Below, piece after piece: positions 50,574 to 62,304 of a stretch of 64,000 nt of DNA; within the stretch, counting starts at the first letter, position 1, and the number at the start of each line of letters is the position of its first letter. A model generated the notes under the pieces. The model ran no database searches. It was not told the origin of the DNA and was given only the letters and a program-made list of their open reading frames with translations. A program made the translations under genes and the position numbers. Source of the stretch: Octopus sinensis (lineage: Eukaryota); assembly GCF_006345805.1 (NCBI RefSeq), contig NC_043003.1, forward strand, positions 61,876,001 to 61,940,000, in the 5' to 3' direction.

Positions 50574-50884
50574 GTAAGATAGTTTATTATCAAGGGTAAT
50601 TTTATAAGGTGAGCTAGTATATCTTCTACCTTTACATTCGAATAAATTGAGATGAATGCTTTTCCAATGACCCAGGGCTATGTCTTCTGAAGGTCCAACC
50701 ACGTGTATTGATTTCAGCTTTGAATCTGTAGGGTTATAAACTCATTTTGTGTTAAGTAGATATTAGATTTGGAAAGCATGTTAATTTTATTGGATGTAGA
50801 TGTGATTGTAATCAAGATTTTGAATTTTCAAGAATGATAACACAAGTTGATTTGTCTAAAAATATGTATTGTGAGGATTCTTTG

Positions 50885-51160
50885 AGTTGGTTGTTATTCA
50901 TGTGAAATGGAGCATTGAACAATCTTTATTAATACTGAATGTTGCCACTATCCATATATGAAACAGCAAAGGAATGCAAGATGAAGGAAGGATTTTGAAT
51001 TTTAAAGTTGTCAGGTGAATTTGAGTTGGTTGTTATTATGTGAAATGGAGCATTGAACAATCCTATTAATGCTGAATGTTGCCACTACACATTGTATGAT
51101 GTAGCAAAGGAATGGAAGTTGAAGAGAGGATTTTGGAACTTTTAAGGTGTCTGGTGAATT
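50885..51160 (+). repeat. Diverged ~137-bp tandem duplication
   Basis: gagttggttgttatt...gtgaaatggagcattgaacaatc occurs at 50885 and 51022. Confidence 0.85.
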
Positions 51161-51867
51161 CAAGAGATTAAGAAACTTGAACCTTTGTATTGTTATCAAA
51201 TAAGGAACAAGGCTGGTTGTTATTGATAAAAAGAAAGTAATAGAGAAATGAAAGAAATTCAGTGTTATTGCTCAACACATTTAAAGATAGCATAAGCATT
51301 GAAGAAGCTTGGAATCAAGGTAGTCAATATTGAAAATATTACATGATATAAGCACAAGACCATACACTTTTATGGGAGGGAAAAACTGATTTATTCAGCT
51401 CATGGTTTTGTTGCAAATTAAGAAGCCATCTATGTTATATATGAACTAAGCTTGTCTTGCTTTTCAACAGGCATTCTAAATAGACTGTAATTAGGTTTTT
51501 AAGTAGGTGTTAATTATTTCTAGAATGTCAGAATTATATAAATGCTACAGTTGCACATTTCAAAAAAGTAGTAAGCTGCATATCTGAATAGTCTCATACT
51601 GATAAGCTAAATAGAAACCAATTGATATGAATAGAAGAAAGAGAATAGCTTTGATATCACAAAAACAATATTATTTTCTTTGAAGAAAGCGCTTTGAAAT
51701 AAATCATTAGGAGTCCTCTTTGGCTTGAGAGATGCAAAACAATGAAACAACACAAGTTAGATTAATATATTGCAGAAATTTTAGTAGCCACTGAAAATAA
51801 ATTTACGAGCAAATAAATGCTGCAGTTTTATTATAATTATTTATATGTTGGTTTTAGTATTTTTCAG

Positions 51868-51891
51868 ATGACTAAAACTGACATGAATCAG
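51868..51891 (+). CDS. Candidate 24-nt exon (MTKTDMNQ), phase 0-0
   Basis: Acceptor gtatttttcag, donor CAG|gtatat; phase fits 50573. Confidence 0.35.
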
Positions 51892-53049
51892 GTATATTTG
51901 TACTGAATATTTGAAAAAAACAACTGAAGTTTAGTGTTGTGATTAAGTATTACACAGCAAGAGTAATAGTCTTTCCTTTAGTGGGAATTGGTATTTAATT
52001 AGAACATAAAAATTTGTGTTTTTAAATATTAAGTGTAAAGCTATTTTGAAAGGCAGGAAGTCATATATAATTTGTCAATATTTTAACATCCACTTTCCAT
52101 GCTTGCATTTCTCAGATACTCATCATGTTGCCAAGCTTCACTTGTTTTCAAGCAGTGTAATATTTCCCCATTGCCGGGTATGTTTTCACTAAAGGTTCGA
52201 GACAAACACAACATATATGTATGTTGCACTCATTTACAACTAGTGCACAATATTGAAACAGGGAAATACAAACATATACACACAGACATGCACATGTGCT
52301 TGCTTGTGTGTGTGTGTGTGTATACATGTTTGCATGTATATCTTCATCATCCTTTAATGTTTAATGTCCACCTTCCATGCTGGCATGGGTGGTACGGTTT
52401 GACAGGAGCCTGCCAGGCAGAAGCCTGCACCAGATTTCTGTGACTGTTGTGGCAGGATTTTTACAGCTGGATGCCCTTCCTAACACCAACCACTCAGCAG
52501 AGTGGACTTTGTGGTTTTTATGTGGCACAAGCATAGGCAAGGTTTTTACAGCCCTTCCAAATGCCAACCACTTTACAGTATGGACTGGATGCTTTTTAAG
52601 TGGCACTTGCACTGACAGGGTCATCAAGTAGCTTGCATGACAAAAACTTTTGAGAGGGGAGGGGCAATTAGAGGAGGTGATCTTGTGTCAGATAATGAAA
52701 GGTTGTAGTAAGACAGGTGTTTTGCTGTAGAGGAGGTACAAGGTTACGAGAGAGAGAGAGCTTACATTGTTGAAATCACATTCACTTAAAAATCATGTAG
52801 TTAAGAAGTGAAATTCTTAACTATATAACCAAGTTGTAAACTAGATTAAGAATCAAATTTACTTTCATTATACACATCATCATCATCATCATCATTTAGC
52901 ATCCGCTTTCCATGCTAGCATGGGTTTGGACAGGTCAACTGGGGTCTGTGAAGCTGGAAGGCTTCGTCAGGCCCAGTCAGATCTGGCAGTGTTTCTACGG
53001 CTGGATGCCCTTCCTAACGCCAACCACTCCGCGAGTGTAGTGGGTGTTT

Positions 53050-53725
53050 TTTACGTGCCACCTGCACAGGTGCCAGACAGAGCTGGCGAACGGCCACGAA
53101 CGGATGGTGCTTTTACGTGTCACCGGCACGGGGCCAGGCAGAGCTGGCAAACGGCCACGAACGGACGGTGCTTTTACGTGTCACCGGCACGGGGGCCAAA
53201 CAGAGCTGACAAACGGCCACGAACGGATGGTGCTTTTTTGTGCCACCGACACGGGGCCAGACAGAGCTGGCAAACGGCCACGAACGGACGGTGCTTTTAC
53301 GTGTCACCGGCACGGGGGCCAGCCGAGGCTGGCAACGGACGCGAACGGATGGTGCTTTTACGTGCCACCGACATGGTTGCCAGACAGAGCTGGCAAACAG
53401 CCACGAACGGACGGTGCTTTTACGTGTCACCGGCACGGGGGCCAGCTGAGGCTGGCAACGGACACGAACGGATGGTGCTTTTACGTGCCACCGACATGGG
53501 GCCAAACAGAGCTGGCAAACGGCCACGAACGGACGGTGCTTTTACGTGTCACCGGCACGGGGCCAGACAGAGCTGGCAATGAACACGAACTGATGGTGCT
53601 TTTACGTGCCACCGACACGGGGGCCAGGCAGAGCTGGCAAACGGCCACGAGCGAATGGTGCTTTTACATATCACCGGCACGGGTGCCAGACGAGGCTGAC
53701 AGCGGACACGAACGGATGGGTCACT
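53050..53725 (-). repeat. Minisatellite, 11 units of 60-62 bp, in the RTE 3' UTR
   Basis: gaacgga(t/c)ggtgcttttacgtg recurs at about 53098, 53159, 53221, 53282, 53343, 53405, 53466, 53527, 53587, 53649 and 53710. Confidence 0.95.
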
Positions 53726-53766
53726 TAACCCCTGCTTTCTGATATATGATTTGATTTTGATTGTTC

Positions 53767-56750
53767 TCACTGGTCTTGCCGGGTCTTCTCACGCACAGCA
53801 TACTTCCATAGGTCTCGGTCTCTGGTCATTTCCTTGGTGAGACCTAGAGTTCGAAGGTCGTGCTTCACCACCTCGACCCAGGTTTTCCTGGGTCTACCTC
53901 TTCCACAGGTCCCCTCAACTGCCAGGGTGTGGCACTTTTTCACACACCTATCTTCATCCATTCTCGCCACATGACCATACCAGCGTAATCGTCTCTCTTG
54001 CACACAACATCTGTTGCCTCTTAGGTCCAACTTTTCTCTCAAGGTACTTACACTCTGTCGACTATGAACACTGACATTACACATCCAACGGAGCATACTA
54101 GCTTCATTTCTCGCGAGCTTACGCATGTCCTCAGCAGTCACGGCCCATGTTTCACTGCCATGTAGCATGGCTGTTCGTACACATGCATCATACAGTCTGC
54201 CTTTTACTCTGAGCGAGAGGCCTTTAGTCACCAACAGAGGTAAGAGCTCCCTAAACTTTGCCCAGGCTATTCTTACTCTAGCCATTACACTTTCAGCACA
54301 CCCACCCCCACTACTGACTTGGTCACCAAGATAACGGAAGCTATCAACTACTTCTAGTTTTTCCCCCTGGAAAGTGACGGAAGTTGTTTTCTGCAGATTT
54401 TCAGAGGTTAATGCTCCCGAGCATCTGCCACATACAAAAACCATCTTCCTAGTTAGCCTTCCTATGACATTGCTGCACCTCTTATGTGTCCATAGCTTAC
54501 ACTTGGTGCATCTTATAGAGTTTCTACCTACACCTTTTCTACAGATCGAGCAGGGCCATCTACCTGAAGGCGTTTGTGATTTGTCTACCTTCCTACTTAT
54601 TACGACTTTGGTTTTAGCTAGGTTGACTCTAAGGCCCTTCGATTCTAAACCATGTTTCCACACCTGAAACTTCTTCTCCAGTTCTGATAATGACTCAGCA
54701 ATTAGAGCAAGGTCATCAGCATAGAGGAGCTCCCAGGGGCATCCTGTCTTGAATTCCTCCGTTATTGCCTGGAGGACTATGATAAATAGGAGGGGGCTGA
54801 GGACTGAGCCTTGGTGGACCCCTACCTCTACCCGGAATTCTTCACTGTACTCATTGCCAACCCTCACCTTACTAGCAGCGTCCCTGTACATGGCTTGCAC
54901 AGCTCTCACTAACCATTCATCTATTCCTAGTTTCCTCATTGACCACCATATGAGGGATCGGGGGACCCTGTCGAAGGCTTTCTCCATGTCAACAAAAGCC
55001 AGGTACAGGGGCTTATCTTTGGCTAGGTATTTCTCCTGCAGCTGCCTTACCAGGAATATAGCATCAGTGGTACTTTTCCCTGGCACGAAACCAAACTGCA
55101 TCTCATCTAAACTAACTCTCTCTCTAATTAGTTGGCTTATGACCCTCTCTGTAACCTTCATCACCTGATCCAACAGCTTGATACCTCTGTAATTATTTGT
55201 ATCTAGGGCATCACCTTTACCTTTGTAGCAGTTGACTATTATGCTGCTACACCAGTCATTGGGTATGACTCCTTCATGTATCACCTGATTAACTATACAG
55301 GTGACTAGGCTATAGCCGACACTACCAGATATTTTGAGCATCTCTGCAGTGATACCTGATGGGCCTGGGGCTTTCCCTGTCTTCATGCTTCTAATTGCCT
55401 TAGCTACCAAGGAACTATCAACCCTGATAGCTGGTCCCTCTGTTGGGTCAACATTCGGCAGACTCTCTTTATCCCATTCATTTTCTTTATTCAGCAACCT
55501 TTCATAGTGGCGTCTCCAAGCCTCTCTCTTTGCATCCTCGTTTAGCGCAAGTGAACCATCTTCCATGCAAACACACTTCTCTCCCACCACATCACAATTC
55601 TCTCTCACACACTGTCTTGCAACGCGAAACACCTCCAGTCTTTGGTCCTCACGGCGCAGAACATTGGCAAATTTTTTCTTATCTGCTTCCTCTCTGGCTA
55701 GATAGACCTGTCTCCTAGCTTCCCTTTTAGCAGTCTGATACAATTCCCTGCTACCACCATTCTTCCAGTGCTTCCAAGTCTGTCTCTTTTCTCTAATAGC
55801 CCTGTCTACGACACTGTTCCACCATCACGTTACCTTGGGACGAGAGGGGACTTTGCACCAGCCACAGATCTGGTCAGTGGCTCTCAGCAGGTTGTCCCTT
55901 AGAAACGTCCAGTTGCCCTCTACCCCATGTGATACTCTATCCCCTTCTACTTCGTCAAAGGCTTCAAGTAACATGTCTCTAAATCTCTGTCCATTCACAG
56001 GATCCTTAAGCTTCCAGATCCTTCTTCTCCATGTTGGTCGTCTTCTGGTTGTCCTCCTACTCCTGATCCTAAAGTCACTAACTACCAGTCTACGTTGTGG
56101 GGTACATTCTTCGCCTGGGAAGGTTTTGGCATTTATAAGTAGCCATCTCTCCCTTTGCCTGGCAGGGATGTAGTCAATTTGGCTGGTATGTTGGCCCGAT
56201 CGGTAGGTGACTAGGTGGCTGGTAGGTTTCCTGAAGTTAGTGTTGCAAATCATAAGATTATTTGCATCGCAAAACTCCAGCAGCCTGGTTCCCTCCTCGT
56301 TGCGGGAACCAGAGCCATAGCCTCCATGTACGCCATGGAAGCCCCCAGCATGTCGTCCAACGTGACCATTGAAGTCACCAGCTATAAAGAGAAGGTCTCT
56401 GTCATTCGTCAACGAGGTAGTCTGCAGTAGAGTGTCATAGAATCGGTCTTTCTGTCCATCAGGTAGCCCCGACTGAGGAGCATAGGCTGATATAATGGTT
56501 GCTAAACTATGATGAAGCGCTAATCTAATCTTAAGTATTCTGTCGCATACTCTGATTACCTCAATTACTTTATCTACCCATTTCTCAGCGATAAGATACC
56601 CACGCCTCCAACCCCGTCAGTGTTCCCTGCCCAGAAAATCTTGTACCTGTGTTCCTTGCCTGTGAGGAACCTAGCAGAACCTCCTCTCCACCTTACTTCT
56701 TGCATGCAACATATATCCACACATCTCCGTTCAAGCATCTCAACTATCTC
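53767..56750 (-). pseudogene. RTE APE-RT polyprotein ORF with one nonsense codon (~55825) and one frameshift (~56597)
   Basis: ORFs 55825-56412 and 53767-55743 are in frame across ACG TGA TGG TGG (TWWW motif with TGG-to-TGA). An upstream 1-nt deletion lies in GVGIL/IAEKW. Confidence 0.9.
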
Positions 56751-58433
56751 GATAAGTATGATTATGCTGCAAACTTAGTGAATTATGTTCAATTTGCCAT
56801 TTCTCAAACACAAATTAATAGTTTGCTTCAATGCACACAACATTATGCATGAGTCTCAACTAATACTGATTTTGTTTTTGCTATTTGTATTAATTTACTC
56901 ATTAGAGATATAATTAACTTGATATACTAACTATATGAACAAAATTTTAAAAGTTGTAAAATGTTTCAGATGTTAAATTATTTACTTTTCCTTTTTATTT
57001 CAAACACTTTTGTTTTAATAAATTCATATTATGTATGAACAATAGTCATAATTTTTGCATTAACTGTAACACCATCATAATTATTCTGACATCAATAAAT
57101 AATTACAATGTGTAATTGCTGAGACTGTTGATTTTTCATGGCATCAGTTGGTGTCATGAAGAACATTCGACTTTCTGTCATTTAAACTAAGAATAACACG
57201 AGAAATGTTTTAGAAAATGATTTAATTAACTTAAACTAACTGATCAAAATTTAGAAAACTTCCTTTCTCATTTTATTATTTCTTATGCGTGTATATGTAG
57301 CTTTATGCATGTATATGCATTTAAGTATATATGCATATATGCATTTGTGTGTATATGTTACTTAACTATACAATAGTATTTCTAGTTATGAACAACGGAG
57401 CACATGGAGGGAGAAATTAGGATAAACACAAGTTTATATTTAATATAAACTTTTGTGTTAATCCATATTACACACACACGCATGCGTGCACACACACATA
57501 ATTCACACAGATTATAATTTTTTTAAGGACTAACCTAAAACCTATGTTTGAATATATGTTTGATTGCTTTGCCTGCATCCACACATTTTTCAAAGTCCTG
57601 TTTACTTGTATTCATCTTTATATTCAGGTTTTGGATTCTGGTGTGGTTGACTTTACATTCCAAATTCCTATGAGTTGATTAAATAATAACCAGTCAAGTA
57701 CCAGTAGAACTAATCAGTTCTTATTTTCTATAAAACGTATATCTTGTGCCTATACTCAAAACTATTAGACTGTATCTACCTTGTTGAAATAAATTTTCTA
57801 GTTTGCTCCTAGCAGAGTTGCATGCTGTTTGATCATATGCATGTGAACTACTTCTATTAATTGGTCAGCTGGAAATATTTTCTTATAGTTTTTAGCATTA
57901 TGTATGTTGACCTTTGTCTTATTTTTGAAAAATGTTATATGTAATGTTCTTATAACTCTATAACCTTAATGAGATGAATTAAATTTTGAGGGTTTTAATC
58001 TAATATTTAGCATTAATCCTCATTAACAATAATTACACTTTTCTTATGTCATTTTTGCTAAATGTTATATATTTGGCATCATTCTGAATGGAGATGAAAC
58101 TTAGTTAATAGTGATTACATCTTGTTTTCTATAGTGTAGAGAAGTGGAGTCAAACTTATCCATGACCTCTATCTCTACTGACAACCTCTGATATATACTT
58201 GGATACTTGCACAGACTAAGGCATAAATTAATACTTTTCTCCTTGCCTCTCTCTATCAATTTTTTCCCCATTAGTTCTCTCTCCAGCTGCATATGCGTTT
58301 TGTATACAGATGAAGGAAAAAGTACTCAATATACAATGTTGAAGTTATATATATTAGAAGTTAATTTATGAATCCTTTGAGTGTCACTTTCATTGCACAT
58401 GCATTCAATCAGGCAACTTTGAGATGAATATAT

Positions 58434-58890
58434 CATCATCATCATCATTTAACATCCGTTGTCCATGCTGGTATGGGTTGGACGGTTTCACTAGGTTGCC
58501 ATGCTGGAAGGCTGCCCCAGGCTCCAGTCTGATTTAGCATGGTTTTCTATGGCTGGATGCCCTTCCTAACGCCAACCACTCTGAGCATGTAATGGGTGCT
58601 TTTATGTGCTTCCTATCTGCCACAACTGCGATTTTGCTTGACTTGATGGGTCTTCTTTTTAAGCATAACATAATGGCAAGGTCTTGGTCATTGCACCCGT
58701 GAGGCCCAACACTTGAAAGGAACTTGGCTACTTAGCCTCCATGAAGCCCAATGCTTGAAAGGAACTCAGCCACCTTGCATCTGTGAGGCCAAACACTCGA
58801 AACGAACTCAGCCACTTTGCCTCCTTGAGGCCCAATGCTCAAAAGGAACTCAGTGACTTTACCTCCGTCAAGCCCAACATTCAAAGGTTG
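58434..58890 (-). mobile_element. RTE-type 3'-end fragment with five 42-bp tandem units (58691-58886)
   Basis: (CAT)n tail, conserved 3' end, then ttgcacccgtgaggcccaacacttgaaaggaacttggctact-like units. One such unit also occurs at 8340-8372. Confidence 0.8.
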
Positions 58891-58899
58891 ATTTTTTAT

Positions 58900-59694
58900 G
58901 TATGACCAGCATGGGTGCACTTCGCTTGATGAGTCCTCTAAATTGTCCGAAAGCAACCGCAAATCCCAAGTTGACATCTGCTCTTCTCTCTATTCTCGTG
59001 AACTCATTTCACTCTTTTTGGATAGACTTATGATTGGTGACAAAAAATGGATCTTCGATTGAAATGTTAAACGACGTAAACAGTGGCTTGGTAAAAGGGA
59101 AAAACTCAACCACAACTGAGAAGGGAATTTCATGGGAAAAACATTCTTCTCTCTATCTGGTGAGATTGCAAAGGAGTAATTCACTTTGAATTGTTACCAT
59201 CTAATACAACAATCAATGTTCAAGTCTACTGTCAGTAATTAGAGTGTTTGAACCAAGCTTTGAAGAAAAAAGACCCACTTTAGTGAATCGCAAAGGAGTG
59301 ATGTTTCATCAGGACAATCCGTGACCCCACACTGCAAAGATCACATCACAGAAGATCGAAGAACTTGGTTGGGAAAAAATTGCTCATCAACCTTATTCTC
59401 CCAACCCTGCTTCTTCAGACTACCATTTGTTTCATAGTTTACAGAATCATTTGGGGGACATAACTTTCGCAAGCCAGGAGGAGGTTGAAACTGACATTTC
59501 AGAGTTCTTCACTTTGAAACCAAAAGTTTTACATTGATGGGATTAAAAAGCTTATAAATAGATGGAAGGAAGTCATAGATAATCAAGGAAAGTACATTGA
59601 TGATTAAATTTCAATTAAATATGACATTTTATCACTTACTTTCTTTATTCAAAATCCGGACAGAACTTATGGGATGACCTGATATATTTGCTTA
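58900..59694 (+). mobile_element. 5'-truncated mariner transposon
   Basis: LDRLMIGDKKW, GVIHFELLP, FHQDNP and PYSP..ASSDYHLF motifs; 3' TIR-like cagaacttatgggatgacctgata. Confidence 0.9.
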
Positions 59695-59832
59695 CCTACA
59701 CATATACATACAATCATATGCATACATACCCTTCATATGCATATACACACATATAAACACCAATAGGTAGATAAATATCCATAAATATAAAAATATAAAA
59801 ATATGGATAAATAAAAATTAAAGTAAAAATAT

Positions 59833-60640
59833 TACGTCTGCAACTAAGTTCCTGCCGTTTTATTAAATTAGAATTTTTTAAAAGGTTTAATAAAAAATAA
59901 CTAATTAATCAATAATGTATTCACTCTTGTTGTTTACAACTTCTTCCCAATGTTCAACAAGATTTTCAATACCTCGTTGGTAGAAATCACCCGATTTCGA
60001 GTCGAAAAATTGATCCAGCCAAGCTCTCAATTCTGCATCAGTATTGAGCAAAACTCTGCACATAGCATTTGAAAGAGGTGGAAATCCGTTGGTGCCAAAT
60101 CAGAATATGGCAGGTGTGGCAGCACTTCCCAGCCATGCGTTTAAATGACTGCCTTGGTCATATTGGCAATATGAGGGAAGGCGTTGTCGTGCAGCAGAAG
60201 AACTCCATGCTGACGTTTCGGTCTTTTCTCTTGAAAAGTCGTGTTGAGTCATTCCATCTGTTGAACATAGTTCCACGTTGACTGTTTGGTTCCGTTCAAG
60301 CAATTCATAATGGATAATCCCTTCCCAATCCCACCATATGCACAACATTGTTTTACGTGGATGAAGATCTTGTTTCACGTGCGGTGTCGCTTGTTTACCT
60401 GGGCTAAGGCATTCCTTCTACTGCTTCATGTTGATGTACAGGCACCATTTTTCATCGCCAGTAACGATTCAGTAAAGAAATGATTGCTTGTGTCCATGAG
60501 GTGAGCAGTGACAAGCAAGCAAACCAGCGGAGATTGTGGCTTATTGATTTTTGTTGTCATTTAAAGCATGCGGAGCCCATGCTCCGTATTCTGAACCTCT
60601 GAGTAGCAGATTTTTGTGATGTTTTTGCAGCTTTCGTAAC
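59833..60640 (-). mobile_element. 5'-truncated mariner transposon (different lineage)
   Basis: GAWAPHAL, IVTGDEKW and TMLCIWWDWEGIIHYELL motifs; TIR-like tattacgtctgcaactaagttcctgccg. Confidence 0.9.
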
Positions 60641-60678
60641 AATAAAGTTTATATATATGTGTGTGTAAGTGTGTGTGC

Positions 60679-60714
<36 letters not shown>

Positions 60715-60811
60715 CGGGAAGCTTTATGAAAATAAACAAAAGACGAAGGCAGGTGGAAAACAAACGAACAATTGTATTAGTATGGCGCTCAGGAAATATA
60801 AATAAAACAAG

Positions 60812-60849
60812 TCTTTAACGTTTCGAGCCTACGCTCTTCAACAGAAAGA
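60812..60849 (-). ncRNA. Minimal hammerhead-like motif (A6-to-U variant) in a Penelope-type terminal repeat
   Basis: Minus strand UCUUU-CUGUUGA-A-GAGC(GUAG)GCUC-GAAACGUU-AAAGA; the downstream ttcctgagcg motif is shared with the 8756 copy. Confidence 0.55.
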
Positions 60850-60888
60850 TACACAGAGAGAGAAAAACACAGAAAGAAGGAGATGCAT

Positions 60889-60921
<33 letters not shown>

Positions 60922-60924
60922 CAT

Positions 60925-60959
<35 letters not shown>

Positions 60960-60997
60960 CATACACACACACATATATATATATATACATACACACT

Positions 60998-61035
<38 letters not shown>

Positions 61036-61059
61036 TATACATATATATGTATACATCTT

Positions 61060-62150
61060 TTATCTTTCACGTGTTTCAGTCATTGGACTGTGGCCATGTT
61101 GAGGCACCACCTTGAAGAATGTTTAGTCAAATGAATTGACCCCAGTAATTTTTTTTTAAAGCCTGGTACATATTCTATCAGTCTCTTTTGCAAACTGCTG
61201 CATTGTAGGGACATGAACACACCCACACCAGTTGTCAAGCAGTGATGGGAGACAAACACATACACAAACAAACACACACATGCACACACACACACACACA
61301 CACATACTTATATGACAGGCTTCTTTCGGTTTGCATCTACCAAATCAATTCACAGTATCTTTCGTTGTCACAAGGCTATTGTAGAAGACATTTGCCCAAG
61401 GTACCACACAGTGGAACTGAATCTAGAAACATATTGTTAGAAAGCAGACTTCTTATTACACAGCCATGCCTGTGTCTATATAAATATGTATATATATATG
61501 CACTTATGCATTTGCGTGTGTTTGTGTGTGTATGTAAAAGCTCTACTCTCTGTATTGAGTACCCTTTCCTTCATTTGTAAGCAAAAATACATATATTCCT
61601 GCGTGCAACCAGACAAGCTAGTGGTTTAAGAAGTATTGCCCAAGTGCTGATTATGTGGAAACATTTGTCTTTTACTTGTTTCAGTCATTGGAGTGTAGCT
61701 ATGTTGGGGCACCATCTTGAAGGATTTAGTTGAATAAATTTCTGCAGCATTTTTTTTTTATCTAAGTCTGGTACTTATTCTATCATTGTCTTTTTACCGA
61801 GATGCTAATTTACAAGGATGTAAGCAAGCTAACATTAGTTGTCAAGTAGTGAATGAGGAACAAGCACCACCTATAAATATCGTAATCATCATTATGTATA
61901 TATATACATCATCGACAATCGACGTCTGTTTTCCATGCTGGCATGGGCTGACAGCTTGAGAGGAACTGGCAATATAGTATATGGATGATGGGCTTTTTTC
62001 AGTTTCTGTCTACCAAATTCACACACAAGGCTTTGGTTGGCCTGGGGCTATAGTAGAAGACATTTGCCAAAGGTGCTACATAGTGTGACTGAACTGGGAA
62101 CTATGTGATTGAAAAATCAAACTTCTTATCACACAGTTATGCCTGCACCT
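61060..62150 (-). mobile_element. SINE family B copies (61060-61470 full; 61665-61870 and 61990-62150 partial)
   Basis: Colinear with 3634-4040. Confidence 0.8.
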
Positions 62151-62238
62151 CTTTGTTAAACTTAACTGAAAACAAGTTTTTATGTAGTGCTTTTGATATG
62201 TAATTTTATTTGCTTATATATATTTTATTGCAATGTAG

Positions 62239-62304
62239 TTACACATTTAAAGTTGAGAGTTACCAGATTTCTGTGTACGAAGCCTTTTTGGAACATGTTT
62301 ATTG
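62239..62304 (+). CDS. Candidate 66-nt internal exon (YTFKVESYQISVYEAFLEHVY in phase 2; the phase-1 frame is also open)
   Basis: Acceptor tattttattgcaatgtag, donor TTG|gtaatt, length divisible by 3. Confidence 0.35.

Larger units (their letters stand above)
52876..56750 (-). mobile_element. Nearly intact RTE-clade LINE (endonuclease + RT + 3' UTR array + (GAT)n tail), slightly 5'-truncated
   Basis: Continuous from APE motifs (CCMQEVRW, SAYAPQ, GDFNGHVG, IDYI) through RT (YADDL) to the 3' end shared with 3470-3613. Confidence 0.97.

Noticed and set aside
53050-53725. CRISPR-like appearance of the regular 61-bp array
   Set aside because: The whole unit repeats, with no unique spacers, no cas genes and a eukaryotic context; it is part of a LINE 3' UTR.
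57628-57678. Exon-like VLDSGVVDFTFQIPMS* after a good acceptor
   Set aside because: Overlaps a degenerate SINE family A segment (gttgacttt...taaataataaccagt).
58765-58810. Possible hammerhead in the 42-bp repeat (ctgtgag...ctcgaaac)
   Set aside because: No CUGANGA-length core before stem II and no stem I pairing.
62239-62304. Resemblance of ISVYEAFLEHVY to the kinesin motif VSFLEIYNEQIYDLL
   Set aside because: No DLL follows and no P-loop or switch motifs were found in the other candidate exons.
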